Shown here: one piece after another, positions 36,382 through 45,417 of the stretch
How the letters are laid out: each line of letters starts with the position of its first letter
Numbering within the stretch: the first letter of the stretch is position 1
Source: a virus
Length of the DNA stretch: 64,000 nt
Strand: one strand, 5' to 3'
IMG/VR virus record: IMGVR_UViG_3300029922_000001
Location: 230,512 to 294,511 of that record
Translations under genes and position numbers: made by a program
Notes under the pieces: generated by a model
What the model was told of the DNA's origin: nothing
The model's input: only the letters and a program-made list of their open reading frames with translations
Databases searched by the model: none

Positions 36382-37500
36382 ATGGGTTGTTTTAATGTAG
36401 CTTGTAATTTATCAAGCGTATCAATGTATTCGGATGAAGCTTTGTGGATTCCACTGATCTGTAGTGACGCATCAGGCAAATTGCCAATGGGAGATAATCT
36501 TTATATTTACTCTTCCTGTCAATTTACCCCTGTAGCATGTCCAGTATTTGGAAATGTAGATTCTTATGGGCGACTAGAAAATATCGTCAGAAACGCCAAC
36601 GTAGAAGCAATTGAGAAGCTTTTTGGTGCCTCTATTGAAGATATCATAGATGAACCAGGTAATTTTTCTGTACCAGGTTTGCCTAACTCTAAACTCTCTG
36701 GCACTTTTGTCAATAAAGAAGCTTTTGAATTAACCAAAAAAACACTTTATGGAGATTATCAAGATAATCTCGCATGTATTACTTCTTATGATATGAAGGA
36801 TGACATTCTCAATATTTGTAATTTCTTTTTCGTTAAAGAAGACAAAACCAAAGGTAGATATAATCGCCTATATACTTGTGAACGATATCCAGGCGTGGAA
36901 TGGTGGAGCGATGGGACTTGGGGTAGGTTGTATGTAAACGACACATGTCACGAAAGTATTTTTAATCCTATTCAATTTTTCAATAAATTGGAAAAAGTTA
37001 CTGGTATTCTAACGGATGAAAATGTTATTAACATTCTGGAAAACACTTGGAGTGCTAAATTCAAAATTGACTCTATTGTGAATCGACTTAAAGTAGATGA
37101 AAAAGAAGATGAACAATTTGATCATCTAGACATTCCAGAACTTGCGGAAATCAAAGCATTGCTTAAAAAGCCTTCAATGAGTTCTATTAATATGGATTTG
37201 TTTTCTTTCTCTCAATTTGAAAGTTCCAGATGGGAAATTAGAGAAGTCTTTGAGAAAATGTATAGTCATAATCTTGAACTTTACGCTGAAGATATAGCAA
37301 ATCTTGAACATCTTAGTATGGCAATGTTCCTATCTAACAGATTTTGGAGTCCTCAAGCCAATGGTTGCCAACACGGTAGTAAGCGACAAGAAATAGCACT
37401 AGCTGAGTTTGTTATTCAAAGAGCTAGTAGAATGCTGAAAGAATACAATGATGAAAATGCTGCGTTTTATGCTCAACTTGAAGCAGAAGGTGAAAAATAA
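36382..37500 (+). CDS. hypothetical protein
   Basis: The track ORF begins at a TTG at 36364. The first ATG (36382) is preceded by TGGTATACTGAAATC, so the ATG start is preferred. Confidence 0.5.
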   Translation: MGCFNVACNLSSVSMYSDEALWIPLICSDASGKLPMGDNLYIYSSCQFTPVACPVFGNVDSYGRLENIVRNANVEAIEKLFGASIEDIIDEPGNFSVPGLPNSKLSGTFVNKEAFELTKKTLYGDYQDNLACITSYDMKDDILNICNFFFVKEDKTKGRYNRLYTCERYPGVEWWSDGTWGRLYVNDTCHESIFNPIQFFNKLEKVTGILTDENVINILENTWSAKFKIDSIVNRLKVDEKEDEQFDHLDIPELAEIKALLKKPSMSSINMDLFSFSQFESSRWEIREVFEKMYSHNLELYAEDIANLEHLSMAMFLSNRFWSPQANGCQHGSKRQEIALAEFVIQRASRMLKEYNDENAAFYAQLEAEGEK

Positions 37501-38087
37501 TGTTTTGGAATAAAAAGAAGACTGAACAAGAAGTTCAACAAGAAGTTGAAGCTAAGCGTGATATTTCTGAAATTGACGGATGGACAGCAAGTGATATTCA
37601 AGATTTCATATTATGCGGTAAAAGTTTTTTTCCTGTGCATAATTTAGCGCACGACATTATCCATAGTGAGGGAAATAACAAACCAGTTGACGAATGGGCG
37701 AAAGTAGCAAGTTTAATTTTGAATTTTTTTCAAGAATATGCTCAATGGATGCATCTTATACGTAGAAGCGGTCAAGATCATAGATTAGCCTATAGATGTT
37801 TAAATTCATTGCACCACAATTGGCAAATTATTATTGAAGAGGCTGTTAAGTATGAAACAGATCATGATGTTGATCTTGTGCGACAAGTATTGAAATTTAA
37901 TCGTGATTTGTTGTTCTACATTAATTTATGTGAGAAGTATCAAGAATATCTAAATGAACACTACAAAGATAATCCTAGAGATTCTTACATGTTAAAACCC
38001 TTAGATAAGCGAATTGAACTTTCGGCACCTAAATATCAAAACAAAGAAATAAGAAATTATGCACCAGAGGAAAACAATGGAAACTAA
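37500..38087 (+). CDS. hypothetical protein
   Basis: 195-aa ORF. Its ATG overlaps the upstream stop (ATAATG). Confidence 0.5.
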   Translation: MFWNKKKTEQEVQQEVEAKRDISEIDGWTASDIQDFILCGKSFFPVHNLAHDIIHSEGNNKPVDEWAKVASLILNFFQEYAQWMHLIRRSGQDHRLAYRCLNSLHHNWQIIIEEAVKYETDHDVDLVRQVLKFNRDLLFYINLCEKYQEYLNEHYKDNPRDSYMLKPLDKRIELSAPKYQNKEIRNYAPEENNGN

Positions 38088-38286
38088 AACAGCAATAGAA
38101 ATGTCAATATAAGAAATTAATATATTCTTAGCCACTAAAGTATTTGGTTGGACTAACGTTAAAAAGAAACGCCCTTAATTTATGTAAGGCTTCTGTTAGA
38201 ACCTTGATTCTGTTTTCTTTTTTAGCAATATCGTCTGCTACTTTTTGTTTAAATATGATATTATCTAAGCAATTATTCATAGCCTA

Positions 38287-39183
38287 TTATAAGAGAACTA
38301 CTCTGTCCTCAATAATACTCTTTACAAAACCACCAACGTATGTGGTGAACTCTGGATTCCAATGCTTAGGCATAAATTGAGGATTCATACACTCCACAAA
38401 GTGATTTCGCCAAAGCTTAATCATTCCTTCTGGTGTGTATTTAGCTACAATTAAGTTCCAAGTATTCTGTTCCTTATATCGCTTCTTTAATACATACTTG
38501 CTTAGGTTTTGGTTCTTCTTTTTAATGCTTTCTTTTAGTTCTGGAGACATGCTCTTTCGAATTTCTTCTCTAGCATCATATTCTTCCTTAGCATATTTGT
38601 AAACCAAATCAAGATCCAATGGCGCACCAATCTGCTTTTCAAGCTTATTCCATAGTGCTACCCATTCATAGCTATTCATTGAAGTTTCTGAATAAACTAA
38701 ATGGAAACACTGTTTCTTAAATGTGCCTCTCATAACCAAACTAGTATGTTCAACTTCACTCTTTAGCTTTGCCTTCAAAGGATTAGCAAACTTTTGTTCA
38801 TATAGTTCATGACATTCACGACAAGTTAACACTAAATCGTGTGCTTCAGCAAACTTCTTATACTTTACAGGAAAGAAATTACGTACACATTTAGGAATAA
38901 CGTGATGCCTGTCTAAATTATCTGGTCTACCGCAAACAACACACATAGTTTGTCTAGGTGTTTTGTAGATTGGGTGAGTCAAATTTAAAATTTCGTCACT
39001 TGGTTTCTTATTGAGTTGTAATACGCAAGGTTGCTGCGATACGATTTGTCCTTTTTCGTATCTCAATAAGAGATTAGCAATACTTCTACCTGTGTAAAAG
39101 ACTACTTCATTATTTGGGTCAACGACCTTCACATTTTGATAAAATGGATTTTCGTCTGACCACCGATTTCCTTTTGAAGCCAT
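38287..39183 (-). CDS. HNH endonuclease domain protein
   Basis: CVVCGRPDNLDRHHVIPK ... LTCRECHELYE (HNH: C..C...H-H...C..C.H). Confidence 0.65.
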   Translation of the reverse strand: MASKGNRWSDENPFYQNVKVVDPNNEVVFYTGRSIANLLLRYEKGQIVSQQPCVLQLNKKPSDEILNLTHPIYKTPRQTMCVVCGRPDNLDRHHVIPKCVRNFFPVKYKKFAEAHDLVLTCRECHELYEQKFANPLKAKLKSEVEHTSLVMRGTFKKQCFHLVYSETSMNSYEWVALWNKLEKQIGAPLDLDLVYKYAKEEYDAREEIRKSMSPELKESIKKKNQNLSKYVLKKRYKEQNTWNLIVAKYTPEGMIKLWRNHFVECMNPQFMPKHWNPEFTTYVGGFVKSIIEDRVVLL

Positions 39184-39204
39184 ATAAGCTATTGTAGCAT
39201 ATTT

Positions 39205-39651
39205 CTATGGTGATTTCGCCCAATAGTTTTTATAATGTTTAACTTCAGCATCTAAATCAAAAGGTAATCCTTTAACATGGTTGAAGTAAGCTTTAGATAT
39301 AATGCCAGTCATATCATCCGCATGAAGTACTCCTAAATTTTTAAACCACTTAGCTAATACGGAGTCATGCCACAATCCCCAGGTATTGCGCATATAAGTA
39401 CCATAGCCATGATGTGGCATCATTTCATAAGTGGATTTAGCATCATTTTTGATGAAATCTATATATTCAGGAGTTGCCACTGAATCAAAATAAGCGATAA
39501 CTTCATCTAGATTATTTGGGATATTGGTTGCACTAATAGCGGGTAAGATTTTTACAACCTTAACTAGCCTATTAAAATATTCATTATTATCGAAAGCGTC
39601 TTGAATTGATTTGTCTGTGACTTTTTCCATGCGTACTTCATCATTGTTCAT
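39205..39651 (-). CDS. hypothetical protein
   Basis: 148-aa ORF. Confidence 0.45.
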   Translation of the reverse strand: MNNDEVRMEKVTDKSIQDAFDNNEYFNRLVKVVKILPAISATNIPNNLDEVIAYFDSVATPEYIDFIKNDAKSTYEMMPHHGYGTYMRNTWGLWHDSVLAKWFKNLGVLHADDMTGIISKAYFNHVKGLPFDLDAEVKHYKNYWAKSP

Positions 39652-40196
39652 AGTTTATTATACTTAATCAGATTCTCTTCTTGTGTGATTTTATCCCAAG
39701 GTGCTTTAGATTGAAGAACTTTTTCAACAGTTGGATCATAATCCCAACGTTTAATCATATTTTGAATACTTTTAAGAGGTACACTATGTTGATTTCTTTT
39801 AGCTAATTCTTGTGCATCGAATTTCCAAGGTGTTTCAGGTTCATGAAAACTAACTTTATAATCATATTTTTGAGCAAGTTTTACGTACTCTCGAAATTCA
39901 TAAAAAGAACAATTTGTATTGTCACAAATAATAGGAGTAATACCTTGTTGCATTGCCACTTCAGTTCTTCTTTCATTTTCTTTATGATTTTCAGTTAGTT
40001 TATTAACATCAAATTTATATTCACCATTAACCATAAATAGATCATCAGTAGAATGAATAACTCCACCTTTTCCTAATTGCTTAGAAAGAAAACTTTTGCC
40101 AGAACCGGGAAGTCCGCGAATTATTCTTAACTCTTTTTCTTGTTGTGCTTTTCTATACCAAGTAGACATAATTCGATTATACCATTTTTCTATCAA
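39648..40196 (-). CDS. P-loop kinase (AAA_33 / polynucleotide-kinase-like)
   Basis: Walker A RGLPGSGKSFLSKQL and a downstream ICDNTN segment, consistent with a Walker B / Asp-containing lid. 182 aa. Confidence 0.6.
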   Translation of the reverse strand: MIEKWYNRIMSTWYRKAQQEKELRIIRGLPGSGKSFLSKQLGKGGVIHSTDDLFMVNGEYKFDVNKLTENHKENERRTEVAMQQGITPIICDNTNCSFYEFREYVKLAQKYDYKVSFHEPETPWKFDAQELAKRNQHSVPLKSIQNMIKRWDYDPTVEKVLQSKAPWDKITQEENLIKYNKL

Positions 40197-40884
40197 TAAT
40201 TTCTCTAGTAATATATCCAGTAAACTTCTGCCAAGATTTCCGCGTCATTTGTTTTCTTACTCTTTTATATAAAGAATGTTTCTTAATTGCTTTAGTTATT
40301 GCTTTACCATTGAGCTTAATAGAGTCAACATCAATGCACGACATAAAGCTTTTTGCTAAAGCTTGAACTTCTAGGGGATTGTTAAAATACGCATACTCTC
40401 CCATGTCATAGATGTTGATATATGTTTTGTCTTTACGTTTTTCTGTATACTCATTTTGAAAATTAGTAATATACAAATCATAATCAGCATGAAAATCTGG
40501 CACACATCCTGCTTGTAAACAGTGAACCAACTCATGTCCCAATCTATCAACATAATCTGCGAGACAATGACATTCACATATATCAAGATATATGTAATAG
40601 TACATATATCTTTCACCAAAACCGCTGGAATCATCATCTAAAAGAAATATTCTAATAGGATATTTAAACATTTTTAGTGAGTTTAACCAATTTTCTATTT
40701 CTAATAGTTTTCTTCTAAATTTATTACCATTAATGGAACTTTCTAATATACCAATACTTTCCTCAATACAAGGATGACGTTGTTTAACTGTTTTTGTTTT
40801 TATTTCACTTAATTTCCAATTAACTTCAATTAATCGTTTAGCTAATTCAACTTCAATTCCATGTGTATCGGGGATTTTAGGCAT
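40177..40884 (-). CDS. hypothetical protein with HExxH motif (possible zinc metallopeptidase)
   Basis: GHELVHCLQAG. Confidence 0.45.
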   Translation of the reverse strand: MPKIPDTHGIEVELAKRLIEVNWKLSEIKTKTVKQRHPCIEESIGILESSINGNKFRRKLLEIENWLNSLKMFKYPIRIFLLDDDSSGFGERYMYYYIYLDICECHCLADYVDRLGHELVHCLQAGCVPDFHADYDLYITNFQNEYTEKRKDKTYINIYDMGEYAYFNNPLEVQALAKSFMSCIDVDSIKLNGKAITKAIKKHSLYKRVRKQMTRKSWQKFTGYITREIIDRKMV

Positions 40885-40934
40885 AAACTCTTAAACTCTC
40901 TAACTCGTAAGCACCTTGTGGTGCTTTATTATAC

Positions 40935-41219
40935 TTATCGGTAAATATGAATGTGAGCAAAGGTTGGTTTATTGGTTAATGCTACTTCGTATTTCAAAAC
41001 ACAAGAATCTTCACCATCTTTCATGTGTTTGGCAGATATAATTTCTTTATCAATACCATCTTTTCCAGCAAGACGAATACCTGTTTGTTTAAGAGCGGCA
41101 GATTTGATAGCGTGTTGGAAAAATATATCAGCGTGTTGTGAATATCCTTCACGATCTAATCTAGCACTCATTTCTAAAATTAAATCTTGATTCATATAAC
41201 CAATATACGCAATCCACAA
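40935..41219 (-). CDS. hypothetical protein
   Basis: 94-aa ORF. Confidence 0.4.
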   Translation of the reverse strand: MWIAYIGYMNQDLILEMSARLDREGYSQHADIFFQHAIKSAALKQTGIRLAGKDGIDKEIISAKHMKDGEDSCVLKYEVALTNKPTFAHIHIYR

Positions 41220-41407
41220 TTAAAAACCTTTACAATAAAATATGGTTTCTAAGCGTAAAATACTCAAAGTAATAAATAGAGAAATTAGAATAGTCAACTC
41301 TAATATACAAAGATGTAGTTCAAAAAGTAGCTATTTGAGACTTATGACACGTAAAATTCTCTTAATTAATTATCAACACAAATTACAATAATTCTTATAA
41401 TACAATT

Positions 41408-41800
41408 ATGGAAAATACAAATAAAATCCCTAAAGAAATTAAGATCGTAAAAGTTGGTAGTGACGATTATCCTGCATCTGAAGCAGATTTAGAAGCAGTT
41501 CAAGAAGAATTAGCCGCATTAGCTAACGATCCCACATTGCCTAAAACTAATAAATATAAAACTCAAACCATTAAACCTTCCGGTAAAGGTGAAAAACAAA
41601 TTTTATTTGTTAAACTTGGTAATAGACATCGTTATGCCAGTGAGTCAGACCTGGATTCAGTAAGGGAAGAAATACTTAAATCATTAAAAGATTTAAAAAA
41701 TGATAATCTACTCACCTGGGTCGTACCTCATGATTTTAACATCAAAATTCTCAATGTTGATTCACAAGATGATATTGAAGTAAAAGTTGAACGCGGATAA
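41408..41800 (+). CDS. hypothetical protein
   Basis: 130-aa ORF preceded by CTTATAATACAATT-ATG. Confidence 0.45.
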   Translation: MENTNKIPKEIKIVKVGSDDYPASEADLEAVQEELAALANDPTLPKTNKYKTQTIKPSGKGEKQILFVKLGNRHRYASESDLDSVREEILKSLKDLKNDNLLTWVVPHDFNIKILNVDSQDDIEVKVERG

Positions 41801-42151
41801 TTACCAAATAAGAGTTGCATAAGTTATGTCATCTTCAGTCCAATAATGGACTTCGTAGCCCATAATAGCCATTTCTGCGGCAAATAAACTACCATCATCA
41901 TGAGTTGCGTAAGTTGGTTGACTGATTGTTATTTTCCGTTTACCAGCTTGTGCTGCTCCACTAATTCGCTTAAAAACCGATGCAAAACGTTGTTCGATTT
42001 GTTCCTGACGTTGTTTCTTTTCTATTACAGGAATTGCTGTCACTTTTGGCATTAATCCTCTAGCTTCTTTGGCTTTCATATCATTATTGTACTTATAATA
42101 GAGATATGAAGCCATTATGGACAGATAGAGATCGTAGCCCAAGTGAACCAA
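41801..42151 (-). CDS. hypothetical protein
   Basis: 116-aa ORF. Confidence 0.4.
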   Translation of the reverse strand: MVHLGYDLYLSIMASYLYYKYNNDMKAKEARGLMPKVTAIPVIEKKQRQEQIEQRFASVFKRISGAAQAGKRKITISQPTYATHDDGSLFAAEMAIMGYEVHYWTEDDITYATLIW

Positions 42152-42456
42152 ATTTCACAGATTATACCTATGTGTATTTTCAAGGTCATAAAATTGGAGA
42201 AATTAAAGATTGCATAAGTTATTCTTTAACTCCATATTTAAATGAAGCTGAAATTGATGACATTGATCATATTTGCACTTTTACTATTATAAATCAATAT
42301 AAAGAATATGATCAAAAGTGTATAGAAATTGTAGATGAATGCGGAAGATATTACAACATGCATAATGAAATAATACAACTTGGATTAAAGGCTAAAATTC
42401 AACAGTTAGGTGAATTGTATGCAAATGAAACTAAAAAGATGGCTACTGTTGTATAA
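42106..42456 (+). CDS. hypothetical protein
   Basis: 116-aa ORF. Confidence 0.4.
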   Translation: MKPLWTDRDRSPSEPNFTDYTYVYFQGHKIGEIKDCISYSLTPYLNEAEIDDIDHICTFTIINQYKEYDQKCIEIVDECGRYYNMHNEIIQLGLKAKIQQLGELYANETKKMATVV

Positions 42457-42764
42457 ACAGTAGCATGGATATTTTAGATAGATACAGTAAAGATACTATA
42501 GATTATGTGCTATTAACTGACGTATGCAAATCCGCAATACTCGACACCATTTTTCAGATGGTAGATAGAGGGGCACCAGATGAAGAGATTCTTGATGATA
42601 TCAGGCAATTAAGAGAAAGATATCTAAGTATTCGTTAAATTATGTAACAAATTAGGATTGCGGAATCCTAGTTAATATGGAACAAAATCTATTAACCATT
42701 CATATCAATCGTCTTCAAAAACTTATTCAAATGAACGCACCTGATTTTATCATAGAACAAGAGG

Positions 42765-43439
42765 TTAAATTATTACTCTCACTTTGGGTTTAACCCAAAG
42801 TGACTCAATAGTAAAATAAACAACAATACCTAAAGCTGGATTAATTTCATATTCATGCTCTCCATCTTCATTTATAACAGGTTGATCATTATCATCATAT
42901 AAATAAATATGCCCACGAACATCATCGGCAGGTAAACATTTAATTTTACTAACTTGTAAATCACCATAAACTTGTATATTTTTACATACGGCTTCACGGT
43001 GAGCATCCTCAAACATGTTTAAGCCATCATCAAATAGTAATTCTTGGCGATTGTAACCAGCCTGATTAAGTGTTTGATAAATATAAACATCTAATTGTCT
43101 AGATAAGCTTCTAATGGCTTTATTTGCACTAGACTCACTAAATAAAGCACCCATTCTTTCATCCCAAGGCAAATCACACTTTGGATCACGCATTCTTACT
43201 GCTAATGAACATGCTATTTCAATAGGTTTAATACTGTCTAAGTCTATTGTTTTAATTTGTTGTGGTATATGAAAGCGACTATTAGATAATGCCACAACGT
43301 CCATATTAATATATGAAGAATCTATGACTGTTAAAATACTTTTCCAAGTGTTGGTAATACCATCAAATTTTTCTTGAATAACTAATTCCTGTTGTTTAGT
43401 TGCTTCAATCCTATCATTTACATTTTTAAAGTAATTCAT
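42765..43439 (-). CDS. hypothetical protein
   Basis: 224-aa ORF. Confidence 0.5.
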   Translation of the reverse strand: MNYFKNVNDRIEATKQQELVIQEKFDGITNTWKSILTVIDSSYINMDVVALSNSRFHIPQQIKTIDLDSIKPIEIACSLAVRMRDPKCDLPWDERMGALFSESSANKAIRSLSRQLDVYIYQTLNQAGYNRQELLFDDGLNMFEDAHREAVCKNIQVYGDLQVSKIKCLPADDVRGHIYLYDDNDQPVINEDGEHEYEINPALGIVVYFTIESLWVKPKVRVII

Positions 43440-44302
43440 ATATTATTATAAGTCATTTTATAATCATAATCATAAGCCTTAAACCACTTCCTGATAGCAT
43501 TATCACTAACTCCATATTTCTTACCAATCTTAACCATTGATAAAGTTTTGTAATCTTCAATTAATTGTTCTAATGATGGTCTTTCTGCTTTTCGTGTATT
43601 TAATGCACGATCTTGTGAGTTTGGTAATACAATATTAAAGTATTTACATATTCTTATAATTTTACTTTCAGAACATTTAAATTGTTTGCCAATTAATTTT
43701 AATCCATTTTTATTAATCAATTGTTGGAGTTCTTCTTTGGTTAAATTATTATCATCTACCCAAATTTTATAATCTTTTTTTTGTCTTTCTTTAACCTCTT
43801 TTATTGATAAATGTTTTGCCCATAATTTGTTTTTAGATCCAAAATTATCAGTTTGACTATGACAGTTAGGACATAAAAATCTTAAATTATCTTGTGTATT
43901 ATGAGTGTAGTTTCCATCAACATGATCAACGTGTAATGTTATTTTCTTTCCTAACCAATCTTTATTGACAAAACATTCACTACCTTCACACTCATAAGGT
44001 CTTCCAGTTTCAATAAGAGCCCTAGTTAATAATTTAGATGATACTCTGTTATTTCCAAATTTTATATTTACTAAAATATCTTCGGCAGTTTTACGATTTA
44101 CACTTTTCTTGCCTCTCATCCAGTTTTCACTATTGAAATGGTCTGTATTAATATTAAAATAATTAACTCTACGTTTAATGTGTGTTTGGCTACCACCAGC
44201 TTGTACAATATTTAGATTTCTTAAAACCCCTGCATAGGAAAAACTTTTATTTACCGCTTCTTCTAATATGTCTTTTGTGTATTTTTCTTTATATTTTCTC
44301 AT
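43436..44302 (-). CDS. HNH homing-endonuclease-like protein
   Basis: HVDHVDGNYTHNTQDNLRFLCPNCHSQTD (HNH core), plus a C-terminal DNA-binding-like region. Lies directly next to the tRNA-Leu array. Confidence 0.7.
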   Translation of the reverse strand: MRKYKEKYTKDILEEAVNKSFSYAGVLRNLNIVQAGGSQTHIKRRVNYFNINTDHFNSENWMRGKKSVNRKTAEDILVNIKFGNNRVSSKLLTRALIETGRPYECEGSECFVNKDWLGKKITLHVDHVDGNYTHNTQDNLRFLCPNCHSQTDNFGSKNKLWAKHLSIKEVKERQKKDYKIWVDDNNLTKEELQQLINKNGLKLIGKQFKCSESKIIRICKYFNIVLPNSQDRALNTRKAERPSLEQLIEDYKTLSMVKIGKKYGVSDNAIRKWFKAYDYDYKMTYNNI

Positions 44303-44381
44303 ACTATTAATATACTGGAAGATACACTAAATTACCTTTAATTAAAGGTATAGGTTCAAATTTATAATAAAATTTATCTCG

Positions 44382-44462
44382 TACTAGGAAAGGGACTCGA
44401 ACCCTCAAGGATCATTCGTTCTTAACGAAGTGGGTCTGCCATTTCCCATTATCCACCCTAGC
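44382..44462 (-). tRNA. tRNA-Leu-like (anticodon AAG), atypical: about 5 extra nt between acceptor stem and D-arm; possible pseudogene or duplicate of 44983..45068
   Basis: Acceptor GCTAGGG/TCCTAGT. Anticodon loop TTAAGAA. T-arm GAGGG-TTCGAGT-CCCTT. The 5' half does not fit the canonical 9-nt spacing. Confidence 0.4.
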
Positions 44463-44475
44463 ATATTAATCTCGG

Positions 44476-44557
44476 TACTAGAGAAGGGATTCGAACCCTC
44501 AAGGATTTTTGTTTCTAAAACAAAACGGTCTACCGATTCCACGTTATCCACCCTAGC
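44476..44557 (-). tRNA. tRNA-Leu-like (anticodon UAG), atypical 5' half; possible pseudogene or duplicate of 44872..44973
   Basis: Shares its first 14 nt (GCTAGGGTGGATAA) with 44382..44462. Anticodon stem TTTGT/ACAAA with loop TTTAGAA. T-loop TTCGAAT. Confidence 0.4.
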
Positions 44558-44567
44558 ATTTATCTCG

Positions 44568-44651
44568 TCCCGGCGAGTGGACTCGAACCACCACGCCCTT
44601 TCAGGCAACAGATTTTGAGTCTGCCGCATCTACCAATTACACCACACCGGG
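44568..44651 (-). tRNA. tRNA-Leu (CAA), class II
   Basis: Acceptor CCCGGTG/CGCCGGG. Anticodon stem GCAGA/TCTGT with loop CTCAAAA. Variable arm GCC-TGAAAG-GGC. T-arm GGTGG-TTCGAGT-CCACT. Discriminator A, then CGAG. Confidence 0.75.
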
Positions 44652-44871
44652 ATATTTCTCGTATAAGAAATTAATTCTTATTTTGTGAATCAAGTTGTCT
44701 TACTCTACTAAATAAAGCATCTCTCATTTCTTTGTTTTCACTTACTTCTTTAGCGTATGCACCCATCATATTTCTAAACATTTTTTGACCTTCTTCAGTA
44801 TTCATTGCTGATTCAATTATTTTCATTTTTTCAGGACTTGTTATAATCATATTAATTCTCCAATATCTCGG

Positions 44872-44973
44872 TGAGCAAACAGGGACTTGAACCCTGATGA
44901 CATTTTACTGTCGATGGGTTAGCAAAATTCTGATCTTGCTAAGCCCATTGCGTCTACATTTCGCCATTCGCCC
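44872..44973 (-). tRNA. intron-containing tRNA-Leu (UAG), class II, 102 nt with an 18-nt insert in the anticodon loop
   Basis: Acceptor GGGCGAA/TTTGCTC. Anticodon stem ATGGG/CCCAT flanks CTTAG + 18 nt + AA. The insert forms the TTAGCAA/TTGCTAA helix with the anticodon. Variable arm GACA-GTAAAA-TGTC. T-arm CAGGG-TTCAAGT-CCCTG. Confidence 0.55.
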
Positions 44974-44982
44974 ATATTCTCG

Positions 44983-45068
44983 TGCGGAGTAAAAGATTTG
45001 AACTTTCACCTGTTGATAAGACAGAATGGGACCTTAGCCCATCGCGGCTACCATTACGCCAACCCCGC
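44983..45068 (-). tRNA. tRNA-Leu (AAG), class II
   Basis: Acceptor GCGGGGT/ACTCCGC. D-arm GCG/CGC. Perfect anticodon stem ATGGG/CCCAT with loop CTAAGGT. Variable arm CTGT-CTTATCA-ACAG. T-arm GAAAG-TTCAAAT-CTTTT. Confidence 0.75.
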
Positions 45069-45077
45069 ATATTCTCG

Positions 45078-45159
45078 TCCGGGCGAGAGGGTTTGAACCT
45101 CCATGTCTTGCGACGGCAGGTTTTAAACCTGCTGCGGCTACCAATTTCGCCACACCCGG
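45078..45159 (-). tRNA. tRNA-Leu (UAA), class II
   Basis: Acceptor CCGGGTG/CGCCCGG. Anticodon stem GCAGG/CCTGC with loop TTTAAAA. Variable arm GTC-GCAA-GAC. T-arm GGAGG-TTCAAAC-CCTCT. Confidence 0.75.
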
Positions 45160-45417
45160 ATATGTAACAACAATACTTAAAACAACAAAAAAAAGCCTGA
45201 TTAGGATCAGATCCCAACCAGGCTTAACAAGTAAAATACAGTACTCTTATGCAGCTAGTTGGGTTCCTCCTAATAGTAGGAGGCTTGTTAAACCTTGTAG
45301 TTGCAAAGAATTCTTGTTCACGTATATATTATAGCATGATCCGAATGAAATTAACCATAATTTCTATAAATTATTTGAAAGAAGGAATTATTCATATAGA
45401 CATTGTAGATATTTAGT

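Noticed and set aside
44405-44629. ORFs 44405..44629 (-) and 44430..44618 (+), and 44954..45217 (-) / 44982..45167 (+)
   Set aside because: They lie entirely within the tRNA-Leu array. Their reading frames traverse tRNA T-loops and acceptor stems, and they use TTG/GTG starts.
44670-44850. 59-codon minus-strand ORF inside the tRNA-Leu array (MIITSPEKMKIIESAMNTEEGQKMFRNMMGAYAKEVSENKEMRDALFSRVRQLDSQNKN)
   Set aside because: Its composition is plausible, but it is short, has no motif, and is below the ORF-track threshold. It is left as unsupported rather than called.
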